NCBI GenBank assembly: GCA_964200185.2
Contig: CAXNAD020000072.1
Coordinates: 1-32,287 of the forward strand
Length of the DNA: 32,287 nt
Direction of reading: 5' to 3'
Source of the DNA: Choristocarpus tenellus KU-1152
Taxonomy: Eukaryota; Protista; Phaeophyceae
Shown here: positions 30,601 through 32,287 of the stretch, piece by piece
Layout: the number at the start of each line of letters is the position of its first letter
How positions within the stretch are numbered: position 1 is the first letter of the stretch
The notes under the pieces: model-generated
What the model was told of the DNA's origin: nothing
The model's input: the letters and a program-made list of their open reading frames with translations, nothing else
Database searches by the model: none
Translations under genes and position numbers: made by a program

Positions 30601-32220
30601 CATTGCCTGCAGCAGGGCTGGGAGGATTCCACTCTCTTCCATCTCAAAAGTGGTTGCACCCTGTAATGTAAAGGATGAAGGGCCAGGGTTAGGAAGTGGG
30701 GTAGGGGATAGGGATAATAAGTTAGGGCAATAGTATAATTTCATGTCTTGAGTGTTGATTTTTTCCTTTTGAAAGGAAAAGTGAGTTATGAACTCTTGTA
30801 TCCCATCCCCTTCACTAAAAATGGAGGATTCAATACAGAGAGAGTATCATCAACAATCAGACGCGCTTCTTCTCCCATATCATCAACAATCAAATAAATA
30901 TTCTCTTGAATTGGAAAGACTCCAAGAAATTCTACTTTGTAAAAATCAGGTACGAGAGTAAGGTTAGGGTTAGGAAAACTCAAAAGGTTTATGTGCCTAT
31001 TTCATATTCTGCTAGAACAGTAGCAATATTAAACCTAAAGTGCAAAGTTGACTCTGTGTCAAAAAGTTCTATTCTTAGGTATGTACTGTATGCAACTGAG
31101 CTGGTTCAGCTGGAAAAAAACCGAAATTGGTTGACCGCTGACAGATGAGTTGCTTGGGTCTTACATTAAAACAAAACAAAAAAGAGTGATGTGCTCCCCC
31201 TCCCCCCCTGCACTCCTACTTAAGGTGAAAGTTCCCACTGAAAGCAACAATCTTGGTGTCCCATCTCAACTTCATTTTTTTTTTTAATCCGCAAAAAGAG
31301 TAACCGTTACGCGTCCAACACATTACCAATAAGTGTCTGCCCCTTGCGCTCAAAAATACTAAAAATATTTCCGTATGATTTGACAAAAAAAAGAAAATGA
31401 CCGTACTTTCATACACAAAACCTCAGTACTTCTTCAAGGTATGTAAGGGGCATGGACAAACATTGTACTTTAAGGTACTCTACATGGAGGGAGGGTTCCA
31501 ATTGTCATGTCATTTCATGGGAGATCTTACACACTCATACACAAAACCATAGCTGCGAACTGTAAACTCAATTCCATTCACGTATCCTTTTCTGCTTCAT
31601 ATAGATAATAACCAATAGTCAATAGTCATGGTAATTCTGCTGGTAAAAAGCAGTCACCTCGGCCAATGAATCACCAAGATTGCATTCAAGCCCACGACAT
31701 GCCTCCCCCTATACTACCACAACCGCATTTCCTGTATGTACCTTGGGTGAGTTCAGCACATCACTCAGATCCTCCAGTGCATGCACCATTTCCCTTTCCC
31801 AGGAGTATGGCTCAGTCTTAACCAGAAACACAACACAGGGGAGGGGGAGGTTTATGGTAAGGGTGATTTTGAAACATTGCGTGGGGAAAGGGAGGGGCAA
31901 CACAAACGTGTAACACAAATATGTAACACAAATGTACAAACTTCAGCTTCAGGGATGTTTCACTGATCTTGCTTAGCGTTAGGGTTAGGGTACAGTTTGG
32001 ATGCAACTCTTATCAATTGGTGAAGGAGGGAAGGGGGGGTTATACTTCAATACTTAGAGCATTTGACCCGAACCCTACAATCTTATCCCATCATAGTTTC
32101 AACCCTAACCCTGACCACAAATGCTTGCCTCCAACTGTGTGCAAACCACAATCTACCAGAGTCTCTGAATCAAGAGGACACGACAGCATCATGACACTAA
32201 GCCCAACACAGGTGTGATAT
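1694..32220 (-). CDS. Partial multi-exon gene: HECT-type E3 ubiquitin-protein ligase, TRIP12/Ufd4/UPL3-UPL4 family, with a Tudor-like insert (5' and 3' ends outside the window)
   Basis: The spliced translation gives family motifs in the expected order: ALEDLSDVLNSPK|GATTFEMEESGILPALL (cf. VSTFEF..SG), IIAKTQDCLQ, RALLR|PFTVRV, VIMVEPLTLVSEV (cf. VLIDPLA), GATFFEAVQ, QWSRTVTLHF, IIMRQ|ALDPLTVCAQAMPPWV..TFPGLFSLEARL..TAFGMARA, LGRLGRLT|VLLSRDAILDMA, LLVEFEGETGHGTGPTLE|FYSLVCRELLRRGLGLWRG, GLFPQPL. Intron phases are consistent throughout. Motif comparison is from memory, not from a database search. Confidence 0.93.
2521..2598 (-). CDS. HECT ligase exon: TLADMESMLLVEFEGETGHGTGPTLE
   Basis: ttttccag acceptor, GAG|GTGCGA donor, 78 nt, phase 0-0; canonical HECT 'V.F.GE.G.G.GPT.E' motif; not the frame shown in the ORF track. 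Confidence 0.93.
3036..4004 (-). CDS. HECT ligase exon: start of HECT (VLLSRDAILDMA) plus about 300 aa acidic/Gly-rich insertion
   Basis: caatag acceptor, CAG|GTTCGT donor, 969 nt, phase 0-0; within ORF 2937..4004. Confidence 0.88.
5189..5210. repeat. (CA)n microsatellite
   Basis: About 10 CA units. Confidence 0.9.
5281..5481 (-). CDS. HECT ligase exon: DAAKK...LGRLGRLT
   Basis: aacag acceptor, ACG|GTGAGA donor, 201 nt, phase 0-0; LGRL motif immediately before HECT as in UPL3/TRIP12. Confidence 0.85.
5514..5689. repeat. Cluster of degenerate TTAGGG units upstream (gene sense) of the acceptor at 5482
   Basis: tttaggg 5514, ttagggtta 5618, agggttaggg 5662, ttagggtaaggg 5678; hexamer periodicity also shows as IRVRLS/FRVTS/VREGIRVR in the + ORF. 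Confidence 0.8.
6124..6139. repeat. Telomere-type array (CCCTAA)n
   Basis: ccctaaccctaaccct, 54 nt into the intron from the donor at 6193. Confidence 0.9.
6194..6346 (-). CDS. HECT ligase exon: ALDPLTVCAQAMPPWVRALTETFPGLFSLEARLTLMRRTAFGMARAVTHVQ
   Basis: catcag acceptor; strong family motif (PFLFPF..R.....TAFG..RA); probable GC donor CAG|GCAAGT, phase 0-0. Confidence 0.88.
6988..7102 (-). CDS. HECT ligase exon: LVSSGMNDAIL...KGLQRIIMRQ
   Basis: gctag acceptor, CAG|GTGAAG donor, phase 2-0; ends at the conserved 'RQ' before DPL. Confidence 0.82.
7587..8390 (-). CDS. HECT ligase exon: QWSRTVTLHF, low-complexity linker, LCLLAALQAL
   Basis: aagcag acceptor, CG|GTGAGA donor, 804 nt, phase 2-2; within ORF 7583..8431. 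Confidence 0.83.
8448..8463. repeat. Telomere-type array (TTAGGG)n
   Basis: ttagggttagggttag, 57 nt from the acceptor at 8391. Confidence 0.9.
9854..9947 (-). CDS. HECT ligase exon: (G)ATFFEAVQVLLHKH...VDVE(G)
   Basis: ggtcag acceptor, GG|GTGAGT donor, phase 1-2; resembles the family 'T.YQAVQ' motif. Confidence 0.78.
10472..10731 (-). CDS. HECT ligase exon: Gly-rich...PQLCWSLG...DVPE
   Basis: Tandem AAG-TAG-CAG acceptors 10732-10740; GAAG|GTTGGT donor; phase 2-1; frame stays open through an 11-G run. Confidence 0.75.
10931..10989 (-). CDS. Tentative small exon SPEKATKCIEGYVVRPANE(R)
   Basis: gagcag acceptor and consensus CG|GTAAGT donor, phase 0-2; requires the upstream exon to use the TGG|GTAAAG donor at 11510. 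Confidence 0.45.
11563..12440 (-). CDS. HECT ligase exon: long Ser/Gly/Pro/Thr-rich linker (TIPGMVDDD...); 3' end at 11563 or 11511
   Basis: cctgcag acceptor, phase 0; within 375 aa ORF 11469..12596; two candidate donors. Confidence 0.78.
13421..13440. repeat. Telomere-type array (CCCTAA)3
   Basis: aaccctaaccctaaccctaa, mid-intron. Confidence 0.9.
15059..15078. repeat. Telomere-type array (CCCTAA)3
   Basis: taaccctaaccctaacccta, about 215 nt from the donor at 15292. Confidence 0.9.
15293..15725 (-). CDS. HECT ligase exon: (R)EYDSALQATQ...Ala/Gly-rich...GTILRM
   Basis: cttgcag acceptor, ATG|GTGTGT donor (a GTAAGT 4 nt further would change phase), phase 2-0. Confidence 0.75.
15739..15903. 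repeat. Degenerate TTAGGG-like cluster next to the acceptor at 15726
   Basis: gagttagagtta, ggttaaagtttaagg, gttagggttag (15874-15884), gttagagttaaggtt. Confidence 0.7.
16637..16655. repeat. (TAACTG)3 hexamer array
   Basis: tgtaactgtaactgtaact. Confidence 0.85.
17446..17467. repeat. (TA)n microsatellite
   Basis: About 11 TA units. Confidence 0.9.
17568..17646 (-). CDS. HECT ligase exon: (G)GGVRSDSSSATGRDSIYETGRRRGV(R)
   Basis: tttccag acceptor, AAG|GTCAGT donor, phase 1-2; exactly bridges the phases of the flanking exons. Confidence 0.62.
18151..18172. repeat. (CAGTTA)n hexamer array, reverse complement of the 16638-16655 array
   Basis: ttacagttacagttacagttac. Confidence 0.85.
18658..18686. 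repeat. (TA)n microsatellite
   Basis: About 14 TA units. Confidence 0.9.
18795..18821. repeat. Telomere-type array (CCCTAA)4
   Basis: cctaaccctaaccctaaccctaaccct. Confidence 0.92.
18951..18963. repeat. Telomere-type array (TTAGGG)2
   Basis: gttagggttaggg. Confidence 0.85.
19805..19828. repeat. Telomere-type array (CCCTAA)4
   Basis: cctaaccctaaccctaaccctaac, 65 nt from the donor at 19893. Confidence 0.92.
19894..20003 (-). CDS. HECT ligase exon: Tudor-like C-terminal half, (R)YDDGTLHCEVPLTHV
   Basis: ttacag acceptor, CAG|GTAATT donor, phase 2-1; YDDG motif. Confidence 0.82.
20533..20666 (-). CDS. HECT ligase exon: Tudor-like core, VFSLF...RRWYAGIVITASTNHLLGV(R)
   Basis: Pyrimidine-rich tract ending in GAG acceptor, GAG|GTGAGA donor, phase 0-2; WY.G.V motif; absent from the ORF track. 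Confidence 0.78.
21975..22363 (-). CDS. HECT ligase exon: Gly/Arg-rich linker ending LPLLDVGTK (Tudor start)
   Basis: tttgcag acceptor, AAG|GTGAGC donor, phase 1-0. Confidence 0.8.
22569..22591. repeat. Telomere-type array (CCCTAA)3-4
   Basis: aaccctaaccctaaccctaaccc. Confidence 0.92.
23830..24320 (-). CDS. HECT ligase exon: low-complexity linker with basic cluster RLRKRRR (possible NLS)
   Basis: ctcaag acceptor, GAG|GTGAAA donor, phase 2-1; within ORF 23717..24388. Confidence 0.78.
24324..24368. repeat. Degenerate in-register TTAGGG array abutting the acceptor at 24321
   Basis: gagtta cggttt gggtga gggtta gggata ggtttg gggtta ggg. Confidence 0.8.
25870..26180 (-). CDS. HECT ligase exon: LKRAYISHLRRQKNDRKHERARRSIREAE...QSS(R)
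   Basis: acacag acceptor, AAG|GTATGT donor, phase 0-2; open frame not listed in the ORF track. Confidence 0.8.
26689..27283 (-). CDS. HECT ligase exon: (R)PFTVRVAISP...IPPVIMVEPLTLVSEVTKWLTGQ
   Basis: gggcag acceptor, CAG|GTAGGT donor, phase 2-0; PF..R and V.EPL family motifs. Confidence 0.85.
29046..29068. repeat. Telomere-type array forming a 5' splice site
   Basis: ctaatcctaaccctaaccctaac; gene sense AG|GTTAGGGTTAGGGTTAGGATTAG. Confidence 0.9.
29069..29142 (-). CDS. HECT ligase exon: MHTSGIEAVLHGGTTAMTRYRALL(R)
   Basis: atcaag acceptor; donor CAG|GTTAGG formed by a telomeric array; phase 0-2 links QDCLQ to RPFTVRV. Confidence 0.75.
29754..29776. repeat. Telomere-type array (CCCTAA)3-4
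   Basis: taaccctaaccctaaccctaacc. Confidence 0.92.
30145..30660 (-). CDS. HECT ligase exon: GATTFEMEESGILPALL...IIAKTQDCLQ
   Basis: ttacag acceptor, CAG|GTGCAT donor, 516 nt, phase 0-0; STFE..SG family motif. Confidence 0.87.
30962..30974. repeat. Telomere-type array (TTAGGG)2
   Basis: ggttagggttagg; further single units at 30685 and 30721 near the acceptor at 30661. Confidence 0.8.
31742..31816 (-). CDS. HECT ligase exon: TEPYSWEREMVHALEDLSDVLNSPK
   Basis: gttaag acceptor, AAG|GTACAT donor, phase 0-0; helix preceding the STFE motif. Confidence 0.72.
31973..31991. repeat. Telomere-type array (TTAGGG)n
   Basis: ttagcgttagggttagggt. Confidence 0.85.
32101..32116. repeat. Telomere-type array (CCCTAA)n
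   Basis: aaccctaaccctgacc. Confidence 0.8.
32157..32220 (-). CDS. Tentative exon YHTCVGLSVMMLSCPLDSETL
   Basis: C-rich tract plus ttcaag acceptor, CTG|GTAGAT donor; only the phase 2-0 frame is open; no recognisable motif. Confidence 0.35.
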
Positions 32221-32287
32221 CTTGAACAGGGCAAGGGATATTGATTGGGGGCGGGGGGCGGGGGTGGGGGGTGGGGGGTGGAAGGTA

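Noticed and set aside
30786-30983. ORF with duplicated LIVDD (direct repeat atcatcaacaatca)
   Set aside because: It lies between SPK and GATTFE, which are contiguous in the family; just a short intronic duplication
680-32116. Interpretation of TTAGGG arrays as true chromosome ends, fusion scars, nanochromosome joins or CRISPR-like repeats
   Set aside because: Arrays are only 2-5 units, occur in both orientations, are irregularly spaced and sit inside a colinear phase-consistent gene

Overview
Eukaryotic genomic DNA. Almost the whole window (about 1.7-32.2 kb) is the interior of one large, intron-rich minus-strand gene encoding a TRIP12/Ufd4/UPL3-family HECT E3 ubiquitin ligase. The N-terminal ARM region lies beyond the right edge, and I found no C-terminal HECT exons (catalytic Cys) in the window. 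I assembled by hand a phase-consistent chain of 22-23 exons (about 7.1 kb coding, about 2,350-2,400 aa) with introns of about 0.2-2.9 kb. The protein carries long Gly/Ser/acidic low-complexity inserts, a Tudor-like domain split over three exons, and possibly a duplicated ubiquitin-like segment. The most striking non-coding feature is a set of more than 20 short telomere-type (TTAGGG/CCCTAA) arrays that are polarised relative to the splice sites. In transcript sense, (UUAGGG)n follows 5' splice sites and in one case forms the donor itself. (CCCUAA)n, which contains the CUAAC branch-point motif, precedes 3' splice sites. This suggests an intron-definition system built from complementary telomeric repeats. 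Gene style (long introns, Gly-rich inserts, TTAGGG) is compatible with a stramenopile or brown-algal-type genome, but that is inference only. No RNA genes, CRISPR arrays or intact transposons were seen.
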